From a phage: DNA of 64,000 bases. Both the position numbers and the translations under genes were made by a program. The stretch's first letter is position 1, and every line of letters begins with the position of its first letter. The stretch lies in the NCBI GenBank assembly GCA_029220445.1, contig GCA_029220445.1_3666.1. One strand, given 5' to 3'. Positions 1-8,642 of the stretch are shown here, piece by piece. The notes beneath the pieces were generated by a model. That model searched no databases. It was not told the DNA's origin and was given only the letters and a program-made list of their open reading frames with translations.

Positions 1-35
1 ACACGCTGCAAAATTCAAGTAAACTAGACACAAAA

Positions 36-54
36 GGCGGGAATGTTTCCCGCC
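36..54 (+). promoter_or_regulatory. GC-rich 5' leader stem-loop (ggcgggaatgtttcccgcc) of first early cassette
   Basis: Perfect inverted repeat ~20 nt upstream of RBS and ATG at 74; same hairpin plus CA-rich leader recurs before most early ORFs. Confidence 0.5.
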
Positions 55-73
55 AGCACAAAGGAAAAAGATC

Positions 74-478
74 ATGAATAAGAACGTACGCCGCATCATG
101 AACGAGTTGGCAAACGATGAAAAAATTATTGACATGCATTTGATCAACATTTGCCGCCGTTGTGTAACATATAACAACCGCGCCGCAAAAGCGCGTGAGA
201 TGAACGCAAAAGGTACCTTAAAGCCATTCCAGGTGGTGGTAAAGGCCATTAAAGATGTAACTAATACGGCAAACCAGGTACAGGGGAACACCAACGAGAG
301 TACCAATATTGATCCGGCTTACATCATGAAACGGATCCGGACCTGCAAGAACAAAGAGCAAGTGTATAATATCATAGACTGGTTGGATTCTATGGGCGAT
401 GTGGTTTACAATAGGTTTTCTGCAGCTATCGAGATCCAGCTTGACAGGTTGGACGGTAAAGTACTGAAAACTTACTAA
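74..478 (+). CDS. hypothetical early protein (134 aa)
   Basis: ORF preceded by leader hairpin and purine-rich RBS; no recognisable motif. Confidence 0.6.
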   Translation: MNKNVRRIMNELANDEKIIDMHLINICRRCVTYNNRAAKAREMNAKGTLKPFQVVVKAIKDVTNTANQVQGNTNESTNIDPAYIMKRIRTCKNKEQVYNIIDWLDSMGDVVYNRFSAAIEIQLDRLDGKVLKTY

Positions 479-480
479 GT

Positions 481-526
481 TTATTTTTAGATGGCCTTGA
501 CTTCAGGGCCATCAATAAAGTAAACT
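481..526 (+). repeat. conserved intergenic stem-loop element, copy 1 (TTATTTTTAGATGGCCTTGACTTCAGGGCCATCAATAAAGTAAAC)
   Basis: Near-identical copies at 1103-1147 and 4845-4890, stem-conserving variant at 1438-1478; sits directly after a stop codon. Confidence 0.7.
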
Positions 527-559
527 AATCTCAACTAAGCGAAAAAAGGGGGCTTTAAG

Positions 560-679
560 ATGAGCACTACACGCCAATACACAAAGGTAACTATTATCGT
601 TTGCGTTGTCGGTTACATCCTGGCGCAAATGTTAATGAGTAGCGCTAACAGTTTTGCAAAATTTTTCTTAAATTTTTAA
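560..679 (+). CDS. small hydrophobic peptide (39 aa), putative membrane protein
   Basis: ATG 8 nt after AAGGGGG RBS; hydrophobic core; below ORF-track size cutoff; stop overlaps -35 of next promoter. Confidence 0.3.
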   Translation: MSTTRQYTKVTIIVCVVGYILAQMLMSSANSFAKFFLNF

Positions 680-707
680 TTGACAAACTAACTTAGATCG
701 ATATACT
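680..707 (+). promoter_or_regulatory. sigma70-like promoter (TTGACA-N16-TATACT)
   Basis: Hexamers with 16-bp spacer upstream of leader hairpin and ORF at 759. Confidence 0.6.
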
Positions 708-758
708 TAAACACGTAAACGGGAAAACTTCCCAGAGCACACAAAAGGAGAAAACACC

Positions 759-1100
759 ATGACTACTATGACCGCCGCAGAAAAAGCTATGCAGATCGCC
801 GCGCTGAAAAAACAGATCGCAGACCTTGAGAACAAGATCGATAACTTTGAAATCGACGAGGACAAGTACGACGAAAACTATGATGAATGGTTAGACGAGA
901 TCTACGGCGAAATTATGATCGGAAACATTTCTTTTCTTCCGTCGCGTATCCTCAAGGAGCTAGATCCTATCGCTTACCGCTGCGGATTTAGCGACTACAT
1001 CGACAGCCTGGATATTGAGGAAGATGAAGAATACCAGGAACTACAGACAGAGTTAGAAGAAGCAAAAGAAGATCTTGCGGAGCTGGAAGAAAACGAGTAA
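759..1100 (+). CDS. hypothetical acidic early protein (113 aa)
   Basis: ORF with GGAG RBS; strongly acidic C-terminal half. Confidence 0.6.
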   Translation: MTTMTAAEKAMQIAALKKQIADLENKIDNFEIDEDKYDENYDEWLDEIYGEIMIGNISFLPSRILKELDPIAYRCGFSDYIDSLDIEEDEEYQELQTELEEAKEDLAELEENE

Positions 1101-1102
1101 GA

Positions 1103-1147
1103 TTATTTTTAGATGGCCTTGACTCCAGGGCCATCAATAAAGTAAAC
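1103..1147 (+). repeat. conserved intergenic stem-loop element, copy 2
   Basis: Sequence identity to 481-526 and 4845-4890. Confidence 0.7.
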
Positions 1148-1189
1148 TTTATACTGTTAACACTGAACTAATTCAGAGGAGTTAAAACC

Positions 1190-1435
1190 ATGGCAGCACT
1201 AATCACCAAATATTATGCCCCTACCAACACCAAAAGCGCCCGTATCATGGTAAAAGGCTTCGGACGTAAAAAGGTTTACACCTGGGATTATGCCTTAGAC
1301 ACGGAAGACAACTACACCAACGCGATGACCGATTTTATTAATGATCTGAACACGCGGATCTTGACAAATTATAAAATTACCGACATTGCCTATATAGGGG
1401 AAGGCGGGATCTGTTTTGTCGGTATCGTCAAATAA
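1190..1435 (+). CDS. hypothetical early protein (81 aa)
   Basis: ORF with GAGGAG RBS. Confidence 0.55.
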   Translation: MAALITKYYAPTNTKSARIMVKGFGRKKVYTWDYALDTEDNYTNAMTDFINDLNTRILTNYKITDIAYIGEGGICFVGIVK

Positions 1436-1437
1436 GC

Positions 1438-1478
1438 TGTTTTTTCGGTGGTCCTGGTAGCAGGGCCATCTATAAAGA
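1438..1478 (+). repeat. conserved intergenic stem-loop element, variant copy 3 (different loop, compensatory stem)
   Basis: GGTCCTGGTAGCAGGGCC hairpin plus conserved CATCTATAAAG flank; stem preserved while loop differs. Confidence 0.55.
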
Positions 1479-1510
1479 CAGTTTATCAACACAATGAAAG
1501 GAGAAAGTAC

Positions 1511-1858
1511 ATGATCAGCGGGGCAAGTTTTATTATTGGCGCTATTGCTACGGCTTTAATTGTAAACAAGATCCAATCTAAAAACGAAAAAGAGAGCAAC
1601 GCGCTCACAGAATACCCATTTTGGGTATTCAACGACAATGAAGACTACATTATCAAGTACAAGAATGAGAAGGGCGACCAGGTAACACCGCGACCGATCC
1701 CAGCTTACAAGATGCAAGAAACACTATACCGCCTAAAGGCTGGAGGCGCAAAAATCGTAGACTTTTGGGGATATGATTGCAAGGATCAGGAGGTTATAAA
1801 GCGCCGTATCCGGGCTATTCAGGCCAATATTGAAGTTAGCAAGGGGGGGAATATATGA
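1511..1858 (+). CDS. hypothetical membrane protein (115 aa)
   Basis: ATG 1511 preferred over track start 1448 (which lies in the repeat element); GGAG RBS; N-terminal hydrophobic helix. Confidence 0.55.
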   Translation: MISGASFIIGAIATALIVNKIQSKNEKESNALTEYPFWVFNDNEDYIIKYKNEKGDQVTPRPIPAYKMQETLYRLKAGGAKIVDFWGYDCKDQEVIKRRIRAIQANIEVSKGGNI

Positions 1859-2052
1859 AGATTAATTTTGAGAAGATTGTAAAGCGATCTCATGATTCCA
1901 AAGAGCTGCCGGAACGACGCCAGCGTAACAATAAACTGAATAAGCCGAAAAGATTTGGGAAGATCTGGCGAAATCACTATGATCGCAAATTACCCAGCCT
2001 GCTTTTGGAACGTGAACGACAAGCGGAACGATACCGCCACAAAGACAAATAG
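1855..2052 (+). CDS. hypothetical basic protein (65 aa)
   Basis: ATGA start/stop overlap with upstream gene; Arg/Lys-rich. Confidence 0.45.
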   Translation: MKINFEKIVKRSHDSKELPERRQRNNKLNKPKRFGKIWRNHYDRKLPSLLLERERQAERYRHKDK

Positions 2053-2058
2053 CAACCA

Positions 2059-2086
2059 ACGCCCCGCCATTGTGCGGGGTTTTTAT
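2059..2086 (+). terminator. intrinsic terminator (ccccgc-loop-gcgggg + T-run)
   Basis: GC stem-loop followed by TTTTTATTT just after stop at 2052. Confidence 0.7.
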
Positions 2087-2233
2087 TTCTATCCTACGAA
2101 TAGCGCCCATGGTTGGCCCCACAAACGCCACAAAAGCCCCTACCTATGCAATCCCCTTTATTAACCTGAAAACATCACCCAGGGCCGTTTTATGGTGTTA
2201 AAAAATATCATTGACAGTGATTTTATTTAAAGC

Positions 2234-2262
2234 TTGACACCTTGGAATAGTCCGGATATACT
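2234..2262 (+). promoter_or_regulatory. sigma70-like promoter (TTGACA-N17-TATACT)
   Basis: Consensus hexamers upstream of ORF 2298. Confidence 0.65.
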
Positions 2263-2297
2263 AACCACATCAAAGCAAGGAGGAAGGAGTAAACGCC

Positions 2298-2558
2298 ATG
2301 CGTAAATTAAAAAATTTTGATAAAGTTGATGTTGTCCTGAATAATTTTTACTACTGCAATAACAAGGCCATTTGGTGGCGTGATAGTTCCACCGATAAAG
2401 TCAAGGCGCGCTTTCTCCAGGGGCACTGGCAAGGCCGTCCAGTGATTAAAATCATGGGGCAATTGGTAGCGTTTAAAAATTGCCACCGTGTTGATGACGT
2501 TGAAGAGATTTTAAGCATTTTGCGCCACAATAATTTAAAAAATAGTGTTGACAAGTAA
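2298..2558 (+). CDS. hypothetical early protein (86 aa)
   Basis: ORF with AAGGAGG RBS. Confidence 0.6.
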   Translation: MRKLKNFDKVDVVLNNFYYCNNKAIWWRDSSTDKVKARFLQGHWQGRPVIKIMGQLVAFKNCHRVDDVEEILSILRHNNLKNSVDK

Positions 2559-2575
2559 ATCTCGATAAGTATACT
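2548..2575 (+). promoter_or_regulatory. sigma70-like promoter (TTGACA-N16-TATACT), -35 overlaps last codons of upstream ORF
   Basis: Hexamers followed by leader hairpin ggcgggaaaacttcccgcc and RBS. Confidence 0.65.
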
Positions 2576-2632
2576 TAAACATACAGGCGGGAAAACTTCC
2601 CGCCACTAACAAAGAAAACAGGAGAAAATATC

Positions 2633-3256
2633 ATGACCACCGTTAACATTACCACAGGTTGCAATTTATCTTTCGACGTGCTGACCGACGAACAAAAAGA
2701 AAAAGCTATTGAAATGGTCCGCGAAAGAGAAGAACACAGCGGAGAGGATTTTTTCGCAGAAAGTGTAATTGAATATTATAAAGAACAAGTTTTTCCAGAG
2801 TACGGCCTTGAAGATACCGATGTACATTGGTCCGGCTTTTGGTGCCAGGGTGACGGCGCGTCAATCAGTGCTGAAAACGTGGATTTAGAAAAATTCTTGC
2901 GTAAAGTAAAGGCCCTGACCAAGTTCCGATCAATTCGTCACTTGTTCGGCACAATGCACGATGGCGAGTTATCAGCCAGTATTGAACGCGACAAGTACAG
3001 CCGTTACAGCCATGAAAACACTGTAAGCGGATACATTGATACCACCTGGCTAGATCTGACCGCCAAACAAGAAAACAAAGTGGAAGACCTGGAAGAGCTG
3101 ATCACCGAGACGGTACGGGAGCTATCCCGCAAGGTTTACGTAGACCTGGAGGAGGCCTATCTAGAACAGTTCACTACCGAAAACCTGATCGGCCTTATCG
3201 AGGCCAATGATTGGCGGTTTGATGTGGATGAATATGGCGAGATGACTTTTTCATAA
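2633..3256 (+). CDS. hypothetical acidic protein (207 aa)
   Basis: ORF with GGAG RBS; acidic; no confident family assignment. Confidence 0.65.
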   Translation: MTTVNITTGCNLSFDVLTDEQKEKAIEMVREREEHSGEDFFAESVIEYYKEQVFPEYGLEDTDVHWSGFWCQGDGASISAENVDLEKFLRKVKALTKFRSIRHLFGTMHDGELSASIERDKYSRYSHENTVSGYIDTTWLDLTAKQENKVEDLEELITETVRELSRKVYVDLEEAYLEQFTTENLIGLIEANDWRFDVDEYGEMTFS

Positions 3257-3264
3257 ATAAAGTG

Positions 3265-3292
3265 TTGCAATAACCTAAAAACCTGCTATATT
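3265..3292 (+). promoter_or_regulatory. sigma70-like promoter (TTGCAA-N16-TATATT)
   Basis: Hexamers followed by leader hairpin ggggcaagacgcttgcccc. Confidence 0.55.
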
Positions 3293-3345
3293 AAAACTCA
3301 AGGGGCAAGACGCTTGCCCCCACACAAAACAAAGAGGAAAACATT

Positions 3346-3726
3346 ATGAAAAACACTACTAAAGCTATTGACACCGTTATGTTTAACCTGGTTACCTTTC
3401 GCGAGGATATGAAAGATCTTCCACGTGAAACAGTGTGCGATCACATTGAAAACTATCGCAAACTAATCAAAGAGTTACCTTTAAAACGTGACCAGTATGC
3501 GGCTAACGCTATGCTCAACGCCATGATCAAAAAGATGATTCAGTGTGATTTAACCCTGGCCTATGATTATGCAGGTGGTCGTTTTGCAGTATACAATCAG
3601 CCCGTGCCCGGTATGGGCACCACCGAAGAATTGCACGCGTTAAATCTGAAGCAAGATGTATGGGATAACATGCCCCGCGTGGTGGTGTGGGCAGAAAGCG
3701 GAAAGATTTACGGCGACAATTTTTAA
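3346..3726 (+). CDS. hypothetical early protein (126 aa)
   Basis: ORF with AGAGGA RBS. Confidence 0.6.
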   Translation: MKNTTKAIDTVMFNLVTFREDMKDLPRETVCDHIENYRKLIKELPLKRDQYAANAMLNAMIKKMIQCDLTLAYDYAGGRFAVYNQPVPGMGTTEELHALNLKQDVWDNMPRVVVWAESGKIYGDNF

Positions 3727-3790
3727 TCAGGTAACAGGCGGCATATTTGCCGCCTTATTGTTAATCAGAACTGTAAAAGAGGTACATAGA

Positions 3791-4162
3791 ATGGAATTTA
3801 TTATTTTGGCTATATTAGTTGCCTTGTTTAACGCCTGGATCGCTGGCAAGATGGGCAGATCCGCCTTTTTATGGTTTATTATATCTATTTTCCTGGGAGT
3901 GGTTGCAACTATTGTATTGGTTATCCTTGCAATTGTTGACAAGGGGAATAATAGAAAGGGTAAAGTATTTTCAGACCTGTACGACGCTCAAACATTTGTC
4001 AACGCCTACTACAGCGATCTTCCAGTCTCCCTACGTTGCAGCCTTGCACAACAGGTTTTCGATGAAGCTAAAACCAGAGATCACGCCCATGAGATTTGTT
4101 TAACTGAGGCGGATCGCCTATTTGAGAGGAATAGAAAATATGTGGACCAGCCGTTTAAATAA
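3791..4162 (+). CDS. small membrane protein (123 aa, two predicted TM helices)
   Basis: ATG 3791 with AGAGG RBS preferred over overlapping track start 3656; hydrophobic N-terminal 60 aa. Confidence 0.5.
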   Translation: MEFIILAILVALFNAWIAGKMGRSAFLWFIISIFLGVVATIVLVILAIVDKGNNRKGKVFSDLYDAQTFVNAYYSDLPVSLRCSLAQQVFDEAKTRDHAHEICLTEADRLFERNRKYVDQPFK

Positions 4163-4381
4163 TGCCACGTTAATTAATCCCTTTAGTGAAGATTTGAAGC
4201 CAGCCGCCTGGCGCGATGGATTCAATAACGAAAGCTTTATTTTCAGGCCTGATCTTAAGGAATTTTATAACAATGGATCGAACAACGACAGAGATAATTT
4301 TTCTTGTAATGTGCGTGGTGATAATACTCCTGGGGGCCATTGCAAACCACGTCACTGCTAACAGGAGGGAAGGGGGAGACG

Positions 4382-4501
4382 ATGACAACCAAGGATAAGC
4401 CCCGCACCGATAAGGTGCGCCGTGTTATGGTATGGCTTGAGATCATCGCCCTTGAAATATTGTTAGGCGTAGGGATGTACTTTATCGCTGTAAGTAACTG
4501 A
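4382..4501 (+). CDS. small hydrophobic peptide (39 aa)
   Basis: Strong RBS AGGAGGGAAGGGGGAG before ATG 4382; C-terminal TM segment; followed by GC hairpin and T-run. Confidence 0.35.
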   Translation: MTTKDKPRTDKVRRVMVWLEIIALEILLGVGMYFIAVSN

Positions 4502-4558
4502 TAACGGCCCCCAATCCCTGGGGGGCTTAACTTTTTCAAAAATTTTTCTTCCCGGGTG

Positions 4559-4586
4559 TTGCAATCCGGTCCGGAATGTGGATAAT
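4559..4586 (+). promoter_or_regulatory. sigma70-like promoter (TTGCAA-N16-GATAAT)
   Basis: Hexamers upstream of leader hairpin ggggagctaatcccc and ORF 4643. Confidence 0.55.
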
Positions 4587-4642
4587 AACAATCAACGGGG
4601 AGCTAATCCCCACCACCACAAAAACCAGAAAGGAGAAACAAA

Positions 4643-4843
4643 ATGAGCAACAATATCCGCGTTATTAACTTCAAAAAAGAAGAAAAAATTGCCGTGCTGA
4701 TTGACGGTCAAGAAATCTTCAAGGGCGACTATGAAGATCATCAAACGGCGATTAGTATCACTCGCGTGATTGGTTACCATAATTTTTACCCCCAAGGCGC
4801 TGAGGCAGCGGTTAAACGAATCAAAGAGATTGTAGGCCTGTAA
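4643..4843 (+). CDS. hypothetical early protein (66 aa)
   Basis: ORF with AGGAG RBS. Confidence 0.55.
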   Translation: MSNNIRVINFKKEEKIAVLIDGQEIFKGDYEDHQTAISITRVIGYHNFYPQGAEAAVKRIKEIVGL

Positions 4844-4844
4844 A

Positions 4845-4890
4845 ATTTATTTTTAGATGGCCTTGACTCCAGGGCCATCAATAAAGTAAA
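4845..4890 (+). repeat. conserved intergenic stem-loop element, copy 4
   Basis: Identical core to copies at 481 and 1103. Confidence 0.7.
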
Positions 4891-4936
4891 TTTAAACCCT
4901 GTTAAAATACCACGCAGTTAACAAGGAGTGATAGAC

Positions 4937-5236
4937 ATGTTTATCCAGGCTAATAATCTTTATTTCTTTGATGGTCAGATCGTAGATGGTGTGGAAGTGG
5001 AGATCACCGGGTGCCCTGGCGGTCAGGCTATGACTTTTCGGAATAATGCCTTTGATGATTCTCATATCGTTATGAGAATGGAAGTTACGAAGCTGGATGA
5101 CAAGAAAACACTTATTGACTATTCTGTGAAAGATCATCCAGACTACCGCATGATCCATGGTGATTTGTGCACTGTTGACCGTGACAAGGTGGGCGGCATC
5201 GTGATCGCTATTGTGAACGATGTTTTCTCAAACTAA
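4937..5236 (+). CDS. hypothetical early protein (99 aa)
   Basis: ATG 4937 with AAGGAG RBS (track GTG start 4928 lies inside the RBS). Confidence 0.55.
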   Translation: MFIQANNLYFFDGQIVDGVEVEITGCPGGQAMTFRNNAFDDSHIVMRMEVTKLDDKKTLIDYSVKDHPDYRMIHGDLCTVDRDKVGGIVIAIVNDVFSN

Positions 5237-5253
5237 CTTCAGCAGGTGATTTT

Positions 5254-5604
5254 ATGAAAGTCAAACTATATTACCTTAATGAGCTTAACCCCCTTGCCCA
5301 GGTCCGCGCCCTAGCTAATACCTTGATTTGTGAGAAATCTGTATATTGTGTTGAGCTTAACGCCATGCGTGAACGTCTCAAAGGTGGTTACTTTAACATC
5401 CATGCCGCCATCAACGGCCTGAATATGGAATTTATCCGTTTACGTAACAGCCGCCGGAATCTGGCAAGAATGGAACAAGATCCGGCCCACCTTCGTAAGC
5501 TGGTTATTGAAAATCATCTGATGTTTAATGCCGATGGTGATTATTACCATTTTCACCGCAGACGCTGGTACCGTGGCGGCAATACAGACAAGAATGCAAA
5601 ATAA
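5254..5604 (+). CDS. hypothetical early protein (116 aa)
   Basis: ORF closely following previous gene. Confidence 0.55.
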   Translation: MKVKLYYLNELNPLAQVRALANTLICEKSVYCVELNAMRERLKGGYFNIHAAINGLNMEFIRLRNSRRNLARMEQDPAHLRKLVIENHLMFNADGDYYHFHRRRWYRGGNTDKNAK

Positions 5605-5642
5605 GGCCCCTAGCAGGGCCTGCAGCAATATAATCACATAAA

Positions 5643-5675
5643 GGCCATGCAACCGCATGGCCTTTATTATTTTGG
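5643..5675 (+). terminator. intrinsic terminator (ggccatgc-loop-gcatggcc + T-run)
   Basis: 8-bp GC stem followed by TTTATTATTTT. Confidence 0.7.
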
Positions 5676-5722
5676 CGTTACAACGGCATACGAGGCGCTT
5701 AAAAAAATTTTTAAAGAAGTAC

Positions 5723-5750
5723 TTGCATCATTCCCGACAATATGGATAAT
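5723..5750 (+). promoter_or_regulatory. sigma70-like promoter (TTGCAT-N16-GATAAT)
   Basis: Hexamers followed by leader hairpin gggggaggccccc and ORF 5808. Confidence 0.55.
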
Positions 5751-5807
5751 AAGAGTTGTCGAGGGGGAGGCCCCCAATCATTGACCAGATAGATAGGAGT
5801 TAAAATC

Positions 5808-6092
5808 ATGGCTATTGTTACCGCTGGCGATGTAGTAGAAATGGAAGCAAAATACTTAAAAGCGGGTATGCATATCCTACGGAATGATCAAGAGTTATTA
5901 TTAACGATGGTTGACTATAATCCCGGCCAGGATTATCCAAGCATCGACTACTTTTTTGAGTATGTTGATGAAGAGTTAAAAGAGGATGAGGCCTATTGCG
6001 GTGAGTTCTGCAACTTCTTTTGTCCTGATGAGGTTGTAAAGGTTATTTATCAACCTGGCGTAGCTTTCCCGCTGCACGCTATCAATAAATAA
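5808..6092 (+). CDS. hypothetical early protein (94 aa)
   Basis: ORF with AGGAG RBS. Confidence 0.6.
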   Translation: MAIVTAGDVVEMEAKYLKAGMHILRNDQELLLTMVDYNPGQDYPSIDYFFEYVDEELKEDEAYCGEFCNFFCPDEVVKVIYQPGVAFPLHAINK

Positions 6093-6147
6093 ACCTGGCG
6101 GGGCCGAAAAGGCCCCCAATTATGAAAATAAAGAGAGGTAAATCATC

Positions 6148-6381
6148 ATGATGGAACAAATTAAACGCGCTGAGGCTATTAATGGCAATGTGATCTATTT
6201 TGTCAGTAAAAACGAAAAAGGCGTACCATATGCGGCGGTAATAGTACAACCTGACGGCGATTATTGGTTTACTGTGTACGGCGCTTATTCTTTTGGGCGT
6301 CCAGTGCATGATAAAATTTTGAAAGTAGCGAACCCTACCGGGAAGAATATCACAGCAGAAAAATTTTTTGAAAATAGTTGA
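6148..6381 (+). CDS. hypothetical early protein (77 aa)
   Basis: ORF with AGAGAGG RBS; stop codon embedded in next -35. Confidence 0.55.
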   Translation: MMEQIKRAEAINGNVIYFVSKNEKGVPYAAVIVQPDGDYWFTVYGAYSFGRPVHDKILKVANPTGKNITAEKFFENS

Positions 6382-6405
6382 CATGACCGTATAAAACTGT
6401 AATAT
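6378..6405 (+). promoter_or_regulatory. sigma70-like promoter (TTGACA-N16-TAATAT)
   Basis: Hexamers; -35 overlaps TGA stop of upstream ORF. Confidence 0.55.
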
Positions 6406-6456
6406 ATAAATCAAAGGGAGCAACAAGCCCCACCAACCACAAAGAGGATAAAAATC

Positions 6457-6636
6457 ATGGCTATTATTGCAAAGACTGAGATCGTAGGCTTAGATTCTAT
6501 TCTCCTCGCATATGAGGAAGCTATAGAAATGTATGTGGTTTCCTATGGTGAGTATATCCGTGAATATAAATCTATTGATCTGGCTTTTGAATGTTATATT
6601 CGCCAGGTAAATAAAGCATATGATGATTATCGTTAA
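6457..6636 (+). CDS. hypothetical small protein (59 aa)
   Basis: ATG after leader hairpin and AGAGGA RBS; below ORF-track cutoff. Confidence 0.4.
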   Translation: MAIIAKTEIVGLDSILLAYEEAIEMYVVSYGEYIREYKSIDLAFECYIRQVNKAYDDYR

Positions 6637-6642
6637 AATAGT

Positions 6643-6670
6643 TTGACAACAATTACAAATCGGGTAGAAT
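6643..6670 (+). promoter_or_regulatory. sigma70-like promoter (TTGACA-N16-TAGAAT)
   Basis: Hexamers followed by leader hairpin and ORF 6728. Confidence 0.55.
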
Positions 6671-6727
6671 GTATTTCGTAGGGGAGACAAGCGCCCCATT
6701 AAACGCAACAGGAAGAGGATAAACACC

Positions 6728-6973
6728 ATGAAAAGCAATAAAGGTTATAACGGTTACAAAAACAAAACTCATTGGAATGTAAGCCTTTGGATTAATAACG
6801 ATGAGTCATTGTACCGGTTGGCCCAAGGCTTTATTAACGCTAATGCTAATCGTAATGATGCGGCGCGGGATATGATGCTTTTTCTGGAGCTAACCGGACA
6901 AGATAAGACCCCGGACGGCTTCAAGTACAGCACTACGGCGATCCGTTCCGCGATGGTTGGAATGAAACACTAA
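6728..6973 (+). CDS. hypothetical early protein (81 aa)
   Basis: ORF with GGAAGAGGA RBS. Confidence 0.55.
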   Translation: MKSNKGYNGYKNKTHWNVSLWINNDESLYRLAQGFINANANRNDAARDMMLFLELTGQDKTPDGFKYSTTAIRSAMVGMKH

Positions 6974-7050
6974 AATCACATAGCCGCCTTACCCTGGGGC
7001 TGTAGTAGCGGCCCCATGAATAAGGTTACTAACAGAAGAGAATAAACACC

Positions 7051-7155
7051 ATGAAACAGAAATTAATCGATGCAGTGATCTTGGTTATTGCCCTTGATAT
7101 TGGCCTGATTGCAACCATGTCTAATATGATCTTGTCTTCCAACGGTATCGGGTGA
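7051..7155 (+). CDS. small hydrophobic peptide (34 aa)
   Basis: ATG after leader with AGAAGAG RBS; hydrophobic; short. Confidence 0.25.
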   Translation: MKQKLIDAVILVIALDIGLIATMSNMILSSNGIG

Positions 7156-7164
7156 GGTTGGCAA

Positions 7165-7380
7165 ATGATCACTAACAAAACAGGCAAAACGGAATTTTTA
7201 CGCAACTTACAGATCGGCAAGCCTGAGATCTGGTATTGCACTAAAACACCACGTGACGAAATGAAAGACTTCACCGCCACGCTACAACGGGTAAAGATAT
7301 CCATCACGCAGAAAAAGGCCTTGATAGTGGTGGAAGGTGAGATCCCCCAAACCGTTGTTATAGTTGAGCGTACAGCATAG
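7165..7380 (+). CDS. hypothetical early protein (71 aa)
   Basis: ORF immediately downstream of the small peptide. Confidence 0.45.
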   Translation: MITNKTGKTEFLRNLQIGKPEIWYCTKTPRDEMKDFTATLQRVKISITQKKALIVVEGEIPQTVVIVERTA

Positions 7381-7471
7381 TTTAATTTATACCGATACCC
7401 GAAAATTAACCAACAAAGCATAAACAGGCGGTTACCGCCGCCTTAAACGTAGCAGAAAGAGGATAGACACA

Positions 7472-7756
7472 ATGAAAAAGATGATCGCAGTGGTTGCCCT
7501 GGTTGTTGGACTTAATGCGCCTGTAATGGCTAAAGAGCTGGCAAAAGAGGTTGATCTAACGGATATCCATGCCGTCAATCAAATCGGGGTTACTTATCGC
7601 TTATGCCTTGCCGCTAAAACTTTCCAGGACGGCACGACAGAGTACTACGGATTCGAGGGTATCCGGTGCGGTGAGCTTGCTCGCGACCTTAAGGAAGATC
7701 CAGAGCTGGAAGATCTGCCCATCACCGTAAACGGTAAAGCTTACGTAAACCGTTAA
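7472..7756 (+). CDS. secreted/periplasmic protein with N-terminal signal peptide (94 aa)
   Basis: MKKMIAVVALVVGLNAPVMA signal-like N-terminus; AGAGGA RBS. Confidence 0.6.
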   Translation: MKKMIAVVALVVGLNAPVMAKELAKEVDLTDIHAVNQIGVTYRLCLAAKTFQDGTTEYYGFEGIRCGELARDLKEDPELEDLPITVNGKAYVNR

Positions 7757-7758
7757 CC

Positions 7759-7893
7759 ATGAGAAAGATAATCATCACCTTGGGGATTGTGGCGGGATCG
7801 CTGGCGCTCTTTCCCCTTATGGTTAGGTATGTGCTGATCAGTATTGTCCTGGTAGTCAGTGATCTATTGGAAACGGTTGGCACCTTGTTTTAA
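7759..7893 (+). CDS. small membrane peptide (44 aa)
   Basis: ATG 2 nt after upstream stop; hydrophobic throughout. Confidence 0.3.
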   Translation: MRKIIITLGIVAGSLALFPLMVRYVLISIVLVVSDLLETVGTLF

Positions 7894-7906
7894 AGAGCGA
7901 TAAAAA

Positions 7907-8098
7907 ATGAATGTCGAACAAGTTAGAAAGGTATTGGCGGTACTGCGTTATCATAATCATAGAAAGGTCATAGACGATCCTGATTATGTCGATTCAAACC
8001 TGGAAGAGGATACACTACAAGCCATAAGTAACATGCAAGAATTGCTAAAGCGCATGACAGAGAAAAACCGACCGGACTACATAGGCGAAAAAATATAA
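7907..8098 (+). CDS. hypothetical early protein (63 aa)
   Basis: ORF followed by intrinsic terminator. Confidence 0.5.
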   Translation: MNVEQVRKVLAVLRYHNHRKVIDDPDYVDSNLEEDTLQAISNMQELLKRMTEKNRPDYIGEKI

Positions 8099-8112
8099 TA
8101 TTTATAAACTAC

Positions 8113-8144
8113 AAAACAGGGCTTGCAATGGTCCTGTTTTTTGT
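8113..8144 (+). terminator. intrinsic terminator (acaggg-loop-cctgt + TTTTTTG)
   Basis: Stem-loop plus T-run after ORF 7907-8098. Confidence 0.65.
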
Positions 8145-8225
8145 TATACTTATTCCACGGCAGGCACCTGGCGACGGGAGGAGACAATCACCGGGCCTGC
8201 CTGTCATATAAGAACTATAAAAACC

Positions 8226-8254
8226 GTTGACATCTGCCATGGGGTGGGGTAACA
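8226..8254 (+). promoter_or_regulatory. sigma70-like promoter (TTGACA-N17-TAACAT)
   Basis: Hexamers followed by leader hairpin gggcaaaagtgccc. Confidence 0.5.
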
Positions 8255-8309
8255 TTTATCTTGAAGGGGCAAAAGTGCCCACACAACACCCAAGAGAGAG
8301 GAAAACATT

Positions 8310-8582
8310 ATGTCAAGCTGGATTAATCAAGAAGTCGAATCACGTTTTAATGCTATATGGGATCTCATCGAAAAAGAGGACGGAACATCAAGCCCCTACC
8401 TCAACAATTTGGAATTCCATTTTGTGGAAGCGATGAACGCAGAACATGATCACGAAGGTGGCGCGGATGAGTTCGCTAAAGGTTATGGCTTTAACAATGC
8501 CAACGAAATGATCGAGGCGGTAGTACTCCAGGCTGAGGAAGATTATCAATTAAAAACGCTTGAATTCTGCCGCCGTAAGTAA
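8310..8582 (+). CDS. hypothetical early protein (90 aa)
   Basis: ORF with AGAGAGG RBS. Confidence 0.6.
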   Translation: MSSWINQEVESRFNAIWDLIEKEDGTSSPYLNNLEFHFVEAMNAEHDHEGGADEFAKGYGFNNANEMIEAVVLQAEEDYQLKTLEFCRRK

Positions 8583-8642
8583 TAAGATAATGACACGGGC
8601 CAAAAGGCCCACTAATCAGAACCACACAAAGAGAGAAAGAAA

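Noticed and set aside
481-526. Reading the 44-bp element as an intrinsic terminator or as a promoter (TTGACT in its loop)
   Set aside because: The T-run precedes rather than follows the hairpin on both strands, and the variant copy lacks the TTGACT loop while keeping the stem, so neither a canonical terminator nor a promoter fits.
4140-4398. Overlapping plus-strand frames 4140-4361 and 4273-4398
   Set aside because: Mutually overlapping in different frames with weak or distant RBSs; only the downstream 4382-4501 peptide with a strong RBS was kept.
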